Assembly (NCBI GenBank): GCA_964537315.1
Contig: CAZIAP010000003.1
Coordinates: forward strand, 463 to 64,462
Source: an uncultured Gammaproteobacteria bacterium
Lineage (GTDB): Bacteria; Patescibacteriota; Microgenomatia; Levybacterales; GWA1-39-11
Length of the DNA stretch: 64,000 bases
Direction: 5' to 3'
The notes below the pieces were generated by a model. The model worked only from the letters and a program-made list of their open reading frames with translations. It was not told the DNA's origin and did not search any database. This document shows, one piece after another, positions 17,851 through 26,761 of the stretch. The position numbers and the translations under genes were made by a program. Position 1 is the stretch's first letter, and every line of letters starts with the position of its first letter.

Positions 17851-19182
17851 TTATCGGCGTCGACGTTGTCTGTTGATAGTTCGGACCTGAGACTTTTCTT
17901 CCTCAACCTCTTCGTTCTCTGATACCTCAGTATCTCGACTACGCATGAGGATAAGGATTCCCAGAGTCAAAAGTCCGAATACAACGGCTGCTGCTACAGG
18001 AGGGAACCAAAGGTAAGCTTCGCGACCGAAGTCCATCTCGACGTCCGCTATAAACAAATAGAGTCCGATGAGAAAGAAGACTACGGCTGCGATGACTGCT
18101 GCCGCACCTGCAATACTTAGCAAGTTGCTAGCAATCACACTTTTGGTTGCTTGACGCACCTCCCGAATAGCTGTTGAAGCCATTCGTTTGGCTTCTTTCA
18201 ATCCCTCATCTAGCTGTCCTATATGGACTGTATGCTGATTAAGGGTACGTTGTTGGTCTTCTTGAACTCGATCAGTTTCTTGAAATTTCTCTGCCGTTGT
18301 TTGAAGAAGACTGCGTATGTCGCCGATTTCCCGTTCATGCCGAGTAATCGACGTGTCGTGCTTATCCACTTGTTCGAAGCGAGTTTTGAATTCGTTTCTC
18401 ATAGAGCGGATTTCATCTAACACCGGATCTGTTTCTATAGGTGCTGGAGTGATATACACTTGAACGCCGATTCTAGCCACATCCCCTTGACTGTCTTTTA
18501 CTTCCACGACAAATGCATGCCGTCCAGTTTCTAACCCCTTTGTGGAGCCAGAGATATGACCGTTCTGGTAGAGGTGAAGACCAGGCGGAATTTGTTCCGC
18601 ACTCCAATGGTACGGAGGAGTTCCACCTTCCACCTCAAGAGTTCTATTGAGGAACTCTCCTTGACGAATCTCAACGACATTATCCCCAAATACTCTCAAT
18701 GGTTCGGGTTCTTCAGCAATAACGACAGGAGTAGTTTCTTCTGTCATTTCTTCCCCCTCATCTTCTTCAGGACCACCAACAGTATAGGTAGTGGCCTTAA
18801 TTTCCGGTTCTTCCGCCATTTCTTCCTCCTCTTTAACTTCCTCAGGTTCAGGAAGTGGTATGGGTTCAATGGTTTTCCGTACAGGAATCGGTTGATAATC
18901 CGCTACAGCTTCCTTATCTGGCTTGAGGTTGATGAATATGTTTATTCTATTCCTCAAGATGGACTTTGTACCTTTCGTACTAAGTCCCAGCTTTGCTGCA
19001 GCGGTGCGTATCGGTCGATAAGTGAGATCAGGATCATTGATATAATCCTGAAGTTCAGCCCATGTCATAGGTGGTTGAACGCGTATAGTCGTAGGCTTTC
19101 TTGTTGCCTTTCTACTACGAACTATTGCACTAACGATGCCGATTCCAAGTAGGAGTGAAATGATCTTTTTAGCTTTCTCCAA
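17851..19182 (-). CDS. membrane-anchored surface protein (SAP-like motif, acidic linker, Ig-like module, coiled coil, C-terminal TM hairpin)
   Basis: It has an N-terminal TM 'IISLLLGIGIVSAIV' and a SAP-like motif 'AAKLGLSTKGTKSILRNRI'. An acidic linker 'EPEEVKEEEEMAEEPE' is present. There is a He_PIG/cadherin-like Ig motif 'GGTPPYHWSAEQIPPGLHLYQNGHISGST'. Two C-terminal TM helices are present. Domain names are inference. Confidence 0.6.
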   Translation of the reverse strand: MEKAKKIISLLLGIGIVSAIVRSRKATRKPTTIRVQPPMTWAELQDYINDPDLTYRPIRTAAAKLGLSTKGTKSILRNRINIFINLKPDKEAVADYQPIPVRKTIEPIPLPEPEEVKEEEEMAEEPEIKATTYTVGGPEEDEGEEMTEETTPVVIAEEPEPLRVFGDNVVEIRQGEFLNRTLEVEGGTPPYHWSAEQIPPGLHLYQNGHISGSTKGLETGRHAFVVEVKDSQGDVARIGVQVYITPAPIETDPVLDEIRSMRNEFKTRFEQVDKHDTSITRHEREIGDIRSLLQTTAEKFQETDRVQEDQQRTLNQHTVHIGQLDEGLKEAKRMASTAIREVRQATKSVIASNLLSIAGAAAVIAAVVFFLIGLYLFIADVEMDFGREAYLWFPPVAAAVVFGLLTLGILILMRSRDTEVSENEEVEEEKSQVRTINRQRRRR

Positions 19183-19299
19183 CTGATTTTTCCCTTCGTT
19201 TGGTTAAGGTTAATTCCGACTCTTGGCAGAGTGCATCAGAAGATGCGCTTTTCCAAGTACCGGAGTTGGCAGCCTGAGAGAGTTTTCCGACTGCCAAAT

Positions 19300-19345
19300 C
19301 CGGCACCTGATGCCAAGAATATTTTTGCGTTTCTCGTTTGTTAAG
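19300..19345 (-). promoter_or_regulatory. partial copy of the paralog promoter motif upstream of the 17851-19182 gene
   Basis: The plus-strand 'gcgtttctcgtttgttaagg' on the minus strand reads 'TTAACAAACGAGAAACGC-...-TATTCT'. This is the same -35-like box and spacer as copies 1-3. Confidence 0.4.
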
Positions 19346-19558
19346 GAGCAATTGCGTAGCAAGTTGCGACGCATCCGCCTCTGGCGGAAAAGCTCAATTT
19401 ATGTAATGACTCCCCGTTCTCTGCGCAATGCAGGTACGAGCATCAAACATAAAATTCCAAGACTTTATGAGTCTAGGGAGAGTAGCTTTTGTATTTGCGG
19501 TTGGACGTGCGAGTAGGTATTTTAAGCAACTCTCTCTATACTCATGAGTACGTTTAGG

Positions 19559-20251
19559 TTAGCGGGTAGCCTTACGGTTCAGGAAGAGACCAAGCGCTCC
19601 TGCCGGAATGAGTGCTGCAAGTGAAAGAATACCAGCTCCTGTCTGAGGAGTTTGTTTTAGTGGTGGAGTTTGCTGAACAACTGGTCCTCCATCTTTTTGT
19701 GGCTGATTTTTTTCAATACATAGCTGTGTAGAGTCTGTAGCAGAGTGACCGTTCTGAGTAGCACGCACGTTATTAACAACACAAGTTACTGATCTGTCAG
19801 TAGGCAGATTATTACTTTCTGCAGCTTTAACAGTGATTGTTCCTGTATGTGACTGTCCTGGATTAAGTCTTTCAAGAGAGTAGGTAACTTCTTTTCCATT
19901 ATTTCTTCCTCCACTTACCCATGTAAGGTGGTCTGGAAGAGTATCGACTACATTGATATTTTCAATAGTGGTATCTCCGGTATTTTTGATGATAATACGA
20001 AAAGCAATTGTGGCACCCGGAGCAAATTTTTCGTCATTTGCACCAAGGTTATTTACAAATTCTCCGCCTTTAGTAGGTTTTTGAACCTGTTTATCAATAT
20101 TGAAAGAGATTCTCTCATCGCAGATTTCTCCACCGTAGTATCCTCCACCGTAAATAACTTCACATTTAGATCCTCCTGCATTTACCACAGAAGCGGCTCC
20201 TGCGAAGAGTGCAGTTGTTACAAAAAAGAGTGATGTACGTTTAAAATTCAT
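19559..20251 (-). CDS. cell-surface protein with C-terminal LPXTG-like sorting signal
   Basis: It has a signal peptide 'MNFKRTSLFFVTTALFAGAASVVNA' and a DUF11-like beta domain. The C-terminus 'TPQTG' is followed by the hydrophobic 'AGILSLAALIPAGALGLFL' and a basic tail 'NRKATR'. The track ORF starts at 20308. Confidence 0.6.
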   Translation of the reverse strand: MNFKRTSLFFVTTALFAGAASVVNAGGSKCEVIYGGGYYGGEICDERISFNIDKQVQKPTKGGEFVNNLGANDEKFAPGATIAFRIIIKNTGDTTIENINVVDTLPDHLTWVSGGRNNGKEVTYSLERLNPGQSHTGTITVKAAESNNLPTDRSVTCVVNNVRATQNGHSATDSTQLCIEKNQPQKDGGPVVQQTPPLKQTPQTGAGILSLAALIPAGALGLFLNRKATR

Positions 20252-20561
20252 ATTATTTGATTGTTTATCGACTTGTACACTGCCCAGTGCAAGATATAAA
20301 TATAACAATGTAATAGGACAGTAAGATTACTTAATTGACTGCTTGGCAGTATAACATAGGCATTTGCTCGGTGTCAAGTACTATAAGCCATTTTAATGTA
20401 GCGATATTATATTTACTATAAGACGCCGAGTTGACGATTAATACTCAATACTATGAGGTTTTAAGTCTAATATGGTAAATTTGCTTTACTGAGTAAGCTA
20501 ATAAACACGAAATATTAACTAGCATTTCTTACCAAATGCTCATTTAATAATAGAAGAGGTC

Positions 20562-20591
20562 TTGACAAATGTATTATGAGGTAGTTACAAT
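20562..20591 (+). promoter_or_regulatory. sigma70-like promoter upstream of rho (TTGACA-N18-TACAAT)
   Basis: 'cTTGACAaatgtattatgaggtagtTACAATtagg' is present. It would give a ~115-nt leader. Confidence 0.4.
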
Positions 20592-20711
20592 TAGGAAAGC
20601 TCGGATGAGCAAACCTCATCTATAGCACAAACTACTTCCCAAATGGAAAATCACACTTGTTCCCTGAAAGAGTAAGTTCTGTTTCAAAATAATCAATACT
20701 ACTGCAATTTT

Positions 20712-21941
20712 ATGCCTAGAATAGTAAAAGAAAAAGAAGAAAAACCAGAAGATAAAGTATCTGAGGTTTCTGATGTGGCTGTCGAAGAGACTCCAACCGG
20801 TAATGGTAAAGGGTACGAATCTCGCATGGAAGACAAAGCATCCGAAGTGGTATCAGGTATTTTAGATATTCAGCGCGAAGGTCATGGTTTCTTGCGCCCC
20901 AAATTCCGTCCTTCTGATAAAGATATCTATATTTCCTCATCTCAAATTCGTCGTTTCTGGCTTCGCCCAGGAGATAATGTAAAAGGAGTGGGACGGCCAC
21001 CAAAGGATAATGAGAGGTACTATGGTCTACTCAAGATCGAAGAAGTAAATGGAAAACAGCCTGAAGTTTCGACTAAAAGACCTTATTTTGAAGACTTAAC
21101 TCCTATTTATCCGATAGAGCAGATTAAGCTCTCAACAAAGAAATTCCCAATCTCAACAAGAGTGATAGATATCGCGGCTCCAATTGGCTTTGGTCAGCGT
21201 GGTATGATTGTTTCCCCTCCAAAAGCTGGAAAAACGACTATCCTAAAAGATCTTGCTCATGGTGTATCTGAAAATTTTCCTAAGGCACATCTTATGGCTG
21301 TTTTGATTGGAGAGCGACCTGAAGAGGTTACAGATATCTCTCGCAGTGTTAAAGGAGAGGTAGTTGCTTCAAATTTTGATGAATCTCCAGAAACACAGAC
21401 CCGTATTGCAGAAATTGCTCTAGATAGAGCAAAGAGATTGGTTGAGATGGGAGAAGATGTTGTAATCTTGCTCGATTCAATTACCAGGCTAGCTCGTGCA
21501 TATAACTTATCTATTGATCCGTCAGGACGTACGCTCACAGGAGGTTTTGACCCTGCAGCACTTTATCCTGCTAAGCGCATTTTTGGTGCAGCAAGAAAAT
21601 GTGAAGAGGGTGGATCTTTGACCATTATTGGAACAGCATTGGTAGATACCGGATCACGCATGGATGATCTTATTTACGAAGAATTCAAAGGTACCGGAAA
21701 CATGGAGTTGCACCTAGACAGAAGACTTGCTGAGAGACGAATCTTCCCAGCAATCAATGTAGAACGATCAGGCACGCGCCAAGAGCACTTGCTCATTCCA
21801 GAAAAAGATCTGCAGAAAGTAATGACTATGCGTCGTATGATGGACATCTTGGGTCCGGATGAGCGTACTGATGTCCTAATTGAACGTCTATCCAAAACTG
21901 AGTCTAACCGTGAGTTCCTCGATAATCTTGGTAAGGATTAG
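20712..21941 (+). CDS. rho: transcription termination factor Rho (with low-complexity K/E-rich N-terminus)
   Basis: It has the RNA-binding CSD 'GFLRPKFRPSDKDIYISSSQIRRFWLRPGDNVKG' and the Walker A 'PPKAGKTTILKDLAHG'. 'DSITRLARAYN' is also present. Confidence 0.9.
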   Translation: MPRIVKEKEEKPEDKVSEVSDVAVEETPTGNGKGYESRMEDKASEVVSGILDIQREGHGFLRPKFRPSDKDIYISSSQIRRFWLRPGDNVKGVGRPPKDNERYYGLLKIEEVNGKQPEVSTKRPYFEDLTPIYPIEQIKLSTKKFPISTRVIDIAAPIGFGQRGMIVSPPKAGKTTILKDLAHGVSENFPKAHLMAVLIGERPEEVTDISRSVKGEVVASNFDESPETQTRIAEIALDRAKRLVEMGEDVVILLDSITRLARAYNLSIDPSGRTLTGGFDPAALYPAKRIFGAARKCEEGGSLTIIGTALVDTGSRMDDLIYEEFKGTGNMELHLDRRLAERRIFPAINVERSGTRQEHLLIPEKDLQKVMTMRRMMDILGPDERTDVLIERLSKTESNREFLDNLGKD

Positions 21942-22348
21942 AATTGACACTATTGCTTCGTAAATTGACCTAAATTTCATTTTTTATTTATTGGTGCTTA
22001 TTTAGATTAGGATAATTAGTAATTAGAAATTTCAACTTTGCAAGCAGAGTTGTGCTAGCTTCGATTGACTTTAAAGTAAGACTTTGGTAAGCTTGAAACT
22101 GATCGACCCGAATGATCAAGAAAGTCCCTGTTTCAAAGCTTGCCCGTAATTTGTCCAGGCTCTCTACTGAGTCTATCTTTGCGCAGACTATTATCCAAGT
22201 TTCCCGATTTACACACGATTTCTCAGATTTCACCCGGTTTTTTTATGGGTATAATACTTCAAAAGTAGTCGCATTTTCACGGCTATTCGAAGGTAATAAA
22301 AACAGAGTAGTTAAAAATGTACTTATTAAACGAGGAAAGCGTAATCGT

Positions 22349-23284
22349 ATGTTTCTCCATGTTTCAGCCATGGGAGTACTATCCGTAGGGATTACAATAT
22401 CTCCATTCATCTCAGATTCTGACTTACTTTCTAAAGGTGCTGCCGATCTTACTTACGCGCAAGAGGAAGCAGAATCAGTTCTAGCCTCAGAAGACGTTTT
22501 TCATACCCAAGCTTCAGAAAAGCCACGTGACGAGATATTGGATTATACAGTGCAAAAAGGAGACACTGTGTCGACAATCGCCAAACGTTTCGGGTTGGAC
22601 TCAGATACTTTGCGATGGGCAAATGATATCAAAAACGACAATATTACAGTAGGAGATACAATAAAAATTCTACCTGTGCCAGGAATTGCACATAAAGTAG
22701 AGCGGGGAGACACAGTATACTCAATCGCGGAGACTTATTCTTCTAACCCTCAAGCTATTGTTGACTTTCCATTTAATGACTTTGCAAATCCACAAACATT
22801 TTCGCTGGTAGAGGGTCAAATGGTGATCGTACCTGACGGAATAAAGCCTGAAGAGAAAAACAATTACACACCACGTCAACCTAGGTACGTAGCACGATCA
22901 GGTAACGAGGCTGTAGTTGGAGGCTTCGCTTGGCCTGTACGCGGTACGATGAATCAATATTATTCATGGTATCATCGTGGACTTGATCTTGGTGCTTCGG
23001 TGGGTACACCAGTACTGGCTGCAACTAACGGCACTGTTTCTCAGGTTTACACTAGCGGGTGGAACGGAGGATACGGAGTTCACGTAATTGTCTCTGGATC
23101 AAATGGATACTCATCACTTTACGCACATTTATCTTCTGTTAACGTCTCTCCTGGAGATCCTGTAACTGCAGGTAGCTCAGTGCTGGGTTGGGTGGGAATG
23201 ACCGGAAGAACAACAGGACCTCATCTTCACTTTGAGCTTATGGGTGCAGGAGGAGCAGTAGACCCACTGGCATTCCTGAGATAA
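22349..23284 (+). CDS. LysM-LysM-M23 family peptidoglycan peptidase
   Basis: It has two LysM repeats ('YTVQKGDTVSTIAKRFGL', 'HKVERGDTVYSIAETYS'). M23 motifs 'HRGLDLGASVGTPVLA' and 'GPHLHFEL' are present. The start is chosen at the ATG at 22349 with SD 'aggaaag'. The track ORF starts at 22112. Confidence 0.75.
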   Translation: MFLHVSAMGVLSVGITISPFISDSDLLSKGAADLTYAQEEAESVLASEDVFHTQASEKPRDEILDYTVQKGDTVSTIAKRFGLDSDTLRWANDIKNDNITVGDTIKILPVPGIAHKVERGDTVYSIAETYSSNPQAIVDFPFNDFANPQTFSLVEGQMVIVPDGIKPEEKNNYTPRQPRYVARSGNEAVVGGFAWPVRGTMNQYYSWYHRGLDLGASVGTPVLAATNGTVSQVYTSGWNGGYGVHVIVSGSNGYSSLYAHLSSVNVSPGDPVTAGSSVLGWVGMTGRTTGPHLHFELMGAGGAVDPLAFLR

Positions 23285-23320
23285 GAAAAGCGCTGAACAA
23301 CGCAGAACAAAACGCTGAAA

Positions 23321-23716
23321 TTACGCAGAATCTTTCTGACGGGCAGTGTCATAAACCTTTCTGATAATTTTTACTCCATCTGTCTCTCCGAAGTTAATGA
23401 GAAAACCTAACTTATAAGAAGAATTCTTTAGATAATACCAAAACTGAGAGATGTCTTCTTTGTGAATAAATGGTTTTGCTTTAAGTTCGAGTATGATAGA
23501 GTTGTTTACCACTATGTCGGGAGTATACACTCCTACTTTAACTCCTAAATGGTATATTGCAAGTTGCTTCTCTCTTTCAATAGATAATTTTTGACGTTTT
23601 AGCTCTTCAGCCAATGCTCTCTGATATATGGACTCTTTTTGAGTATTGTGAAATTTCTTGTAAATGATAAAGCATGAACCTCTAATACTATATGACTCAT
23701 GAGGATATAGGAGCAT
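23321..23716 (-). CDS. GxxExxY family protein
   Basis: 'IRGSCFIIYKKFHNTQKESIYQRALAEEL' and 'NFGETDGVKIIRKV' are typical of the GxxExxY (PD-(D/E)xK-like) family. Length is 131 aa. Confidence 0.6.
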   Translation of the reverse strand: MLLYPHESYSIRGSCFIIYKKFHNTQKESIYQRALAEELKRQKLSIEREKQLAIYHLGVKVGVYTPDIVVNNSIILELKAKPFIHKEDISQFWYYLKNSSYKLGFLINFGETDGVKIIRKVYDTARQKDSA

Positions 23717-23797
23717 ATAATGTCATAGTATCAGAAATAATGAGTGTATTCAGCACTAATTCTGCGTTTCATTCCGCGTTGTTCTGCGAAACTTATT

Positions 23798-25999
23798 TTA
23801 CCTCGCGCTTCCTGTAGCTTCATTTGGACGTTCAGCTGCCGGTCCCTGTGGAGGAGGAGAGACCTCTATTGGGTTATCTGATGGTGGGAACTGCTGGCTT
23901 GGTTGGTTTACTTCCAGTGGATCCTGATTGTCTGATGGTTCTACGTCTGTCGGAGCCTCAGGTTGAGTTTGCGCACGAGCTTGAAGAGCTTCAATTTCCT
24001 CGTCAATCTGTTTTACGCTTTCAGGATCGTTTGCTATCAGTTGTCGTACAATTTGGTAATTTGTGAGAGCATTCTGATAATCTTGTTTAGCTTCATATGC
24101 GTGTCCAAGGTTGTAGTAAGCATTTGCATAATCATTTTTTAGTGAGACTGCGATCTGGAACTGATTGATAGCCTGATCGTATGCTTGTAGCTGATAGAAG
24201 ATGCCTCCAAGAGCAATATATAGACGAGGGTTATATGGATAAAGTCTTATAGCTTGCTGTAATGAAGCAACTGCGAATTGCTCTGCGTTCTGTCCTACAC
24301 CGATAAGGGATCTATATACCTGAGATAAATTCTCCCAGTTTGCCGGTGTCATAGGTGAGAGGGTTGCAGCAGCTCGTGCACTGTTAATTGATTGCTGCAG
24401 TAGAGCTAAAATAGTTTGCTGCTGTTGTGCGCTAGGAGATGCACCTTGTAAATTAGTTACCAGTGAGTTTGCCAATGCTAAGTTTACTTGTGAGAACACT
24501 CTATAATAGTCTGCTTTGTATGGGAATCCGTTCAAACTGTTTGGATCCATAGCGGCTCTTTGCAGGTCATATGTTTGTTGGCCTGAGGTAAGCGCATCTT
24601 GCTGCAGTGACTTTGCAAAAGTAATGTCTGACAAAAGCAATCTTGTTCCAAAGAAGCCAACAAATCCAGTGATAGCAAGGGCAAGTACCACTGCAATCAC
24701 TGGGAAAGCAAGACCTTCTGTACGTGCACGATGTCGAGAAGCTTCTGCTTCAGATTCAAAAGCAAAGAGTCCTTGTTTGAAAGCAACTAGGGAGATAACA
24801 ACATCGTCAACTCTTTTATCACCCTCTAAGAATAGGTAGACACAATAGAATGCTAAGAGTACAAATAGTAGAGTTACTAATGTGAATGAGTAAGGGATTA
24901 ATGCTGATAGTACGAAAGCGGTTACTACTGCGATAAATAGTGGGCTGATTGGGTTTGTTCTGGTCTTGATGGTTCGCAAAAAGATGAATAAGAATGAGAT
25001 GATACCGAGTACGCCGACTGTTGAAACTAGCTCAAGCAGGTATGATGATGAGAATGAGAAGGAAAGATTCCAAAGATTTTGCTCCAGGTTGAAGGCAAGT
25101 GGTTGAAAACGGGTAAAGTCAACAAGGTAAGTACCGTATCCTGATCCGAAAAGGAAGGATAGTAGCATACGTCCCGTATCCTGTGCAATAGAAGCAAGAG
25201 CGATCTGGAAACCATAATTAAATGGTAGTACAATCGGCTTTTCAGGAAGAGCAGCAACTTTATATATAGTAAGTGCAATACCAAGGATAATAAGTACAGA
25301 AGAAACTACGTGGATCAAAAGATTATAGTCACGACCAAACTCTTTTAAGCTGCCTGCTTTGTAGCGTTTCCACACATAAATACCTGACAGAAGTACTATA
25401 GGTAGTAAGTATGCAATGTGTTGTACGGGTGAACCAAATGTTGTGAAATACTGAGATTGAATTGCAGGAAACGGAAATACGAATAGGTTGAAAAAGTAGA
25501 GCAATGAAATTATGGACGATGCAACAGCTCCTAACATTAACGCAGAAAGTGCAACATTAAAGGCATTACGGTTATCTATAGTATTAATAGTTGCAAAGTA
25601 GAATAGAAGAGCGAGCAGAAGCGGTACCGCCTGAATAAGCGAGTCATAAGTGTTTGGAGAGATTAGAGATGAAACGAGTACAACTGCGCCAAACAAGAAA
25701 ATCGGTAGATTAAAAGGTGAAGTTCTAATAATAATTTTTCTTTCAAAATATGATCGTACTGCCCATAATATAAGTAGTGCAAGAGTGGCAAACATCATCA
25801 ATACCTGCTTGGGATAGATGAAAAAATCAGTAGTATTAACCATGAAGAACAAAGGAAGTAAAAAGAGAGAAGCTGCAATAATTAAAAGAGAAATCGACTT
25901 AGTGTACTGGATCGCTTCGGTATTTTTCATGATGTATATCAACAGTAGCACACTTTTGAAATGCTTGTCAAGAACAAGATTAAGGCTAAAAACGAGCAA
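23798..25999 (-). CDS. polytopic membrane protein with C-terminal TPR repeats (O-antigen ligase/polymerase-like)
   Basis: It has about 12 TM helices in the N-terminal ~430 aa. A TPR region carries 'YYNLGHAYEAKQDYQNALTNYQ'. The C-terminus is a Pro/Gln-rich tail. An alternative start lies at 25930 (MKNTEAIQ). Confidence 0.55.
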   Translation of the reverse strand: MLVFSLNLVLDKHFKSVLLLIYIMKNTEAIQYTKSISLLIIAASLFLLPLFFMVNTTDFFIYPKQVLMMFATLALLILWAVRSYFERKIIIRTSPFNLPIFLFGAVVLVSSLISPNTYDSLIQAVPLLLALLFYFATINTIDNRNAFNVALSALMLGAVASSIISLLYFFNLFVFPFPAIQSQYFTTFGSPVQHIAYLLPIVLLSGIYVWKRYKAGSLKEFGRDYNLLIHVVSSVLIILGIALTIYKVAALPEKPIVLPFNYGFQIALASIAQDTGRMLLSFLFGSGYGTYLVDFTRFQPLAFNLEQNLWNLSFSFSSSYLLELVSTVGVLGIISFLFIFLRTIKTRTNPISPLFIAVVTAFVLSALIPYSFTLVTLLFVLLAFYCVYLFLEGDKRVDDVVISLVAFKQGLFAFESEAEASRHRARTEGLAFPVIAVVLALAITGFVGFFGTRLLLSDITFAKSLQQDALTSGQQTYDLQRAAMDPNSLNGFPYKADYYRVFSQVNLALANSLVTNLQGASPSAQQQQTILALLQQSINSARAAATLSPMTPANWENLSQVYRSLIGVGQNAEQFAVASLQQAIRLYPYNPRLYIALGGIFYQLQAYDQAINQFQIAVSLKNDYANAYYNLGHAYEAKQDYQNALTNYQIVRQLIANDPESVKQIDEEIEALQARAQTQPEAPTDVEPSDNQDPLEVNQPSQQFPPSDNPIEVSPPPQGPAAERPNEATGSAR

Positions 26000-26001
26000 A
26001 T

Positions 26002-26037
26002 AGGGGTTGACCCCCTTTTAGGGGTTTCAACCCCTAA
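26002..26037. repeat. two tandem REP-like GC hairpins adjacent to the Y1 transposase gene
   Basis: The hairpins are 'aggggttgaccccct' and 'ttaggggtttcaacccctaa'. They share an 'agggg...cccct' stem. Confidence 0.6.
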
Positions 26038-26686
26038 ATATGTCTTTCTCAATAATTTGAGGCTTAACTTTAAGAAAAGATTCTTTGTGTGATTGGGTAT
26101 CAGCAACAAAATCCTTATACTGACTTGGAGAAGAGAAAAAGGAAAGTATTAATCTTTTGTTACAAAAGCTATCCTGTGAGCGATCCAGGTACTCACGAAA
26201 GCTTGACCATTGATAGTTTTCTGCCACAATGCCCTGTGTAAACTCAGGGTGGTAATGAATAAAGCGTGAAAGCTCAAGAATCTGATTGTCGTTATCAAGT
26301 GCAGCGGCTCGATATCTACCATGCATGAGTCGTCCGAAACGCTTATACTTTTTATTGTAATACTCTGTGTAGGCATTATTTACTTGTTTCATAAAGCGTG
26401 GGATTGAGTCTTTGTCACTTTGGCGTAGTAAGAGATGAAAATGATCTGGAAGCAAACAATAACCGAATGCATCAATTTCCTCAGACATATTTTTAATTTG
26501 GAGCCTGAATGGTAAGGTCGGATAGGCATTTAAAACTTGCTTGAGCGGTTTAAGGTATATATAAATATAAAATAGAAAAGTCCTATAATCGTCTTCATCC
26601 TGAAACATGTGAGTATCAACACTTTTATTATATATATGGTAAGTTACTCCTTCAGAAAAATTTCTAACGATGTATTTAGAGGGCAT
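26027..26686 (-). mobile_element. IS200/IS605-family Y1 (HuH) transposase, REP-associated (RAYT)-like
   Basis: It has the HuH motif 'DHFHLLL' and a downstream 'YHP...Y' region. Its ~220-aa length is typical of Y1 transposases. It is next to REP-like hairpins. Confidence 0.55.
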
Positions 26687-26761
26687 GAGGTTAGTATAGA
26701 TAATCTATGATTCAGGATTCAAGCTTATTAAGCTGTTCTTGCAAATCCTCTTATGAAGGTA

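Noticed and set aside
18556-19152. 198-aa plus-strand ORF
   Set aside because: It is antisense to the 443-aa membrane protein gene. The composition is Phe/Arg-rich nonsense typical of antisense in a GA-rich coding strand.
20252-20308. 19-aa N-terminal extension 'MLYLYLALGSVQVDKQSNN' on the LPXTG-like protein
   Set aside because: The downstream ATG at 20251 gives a canonical signal peptide (MNFKRTSLFF...VNA). The longer start has no SD and would bury the signal peptide.
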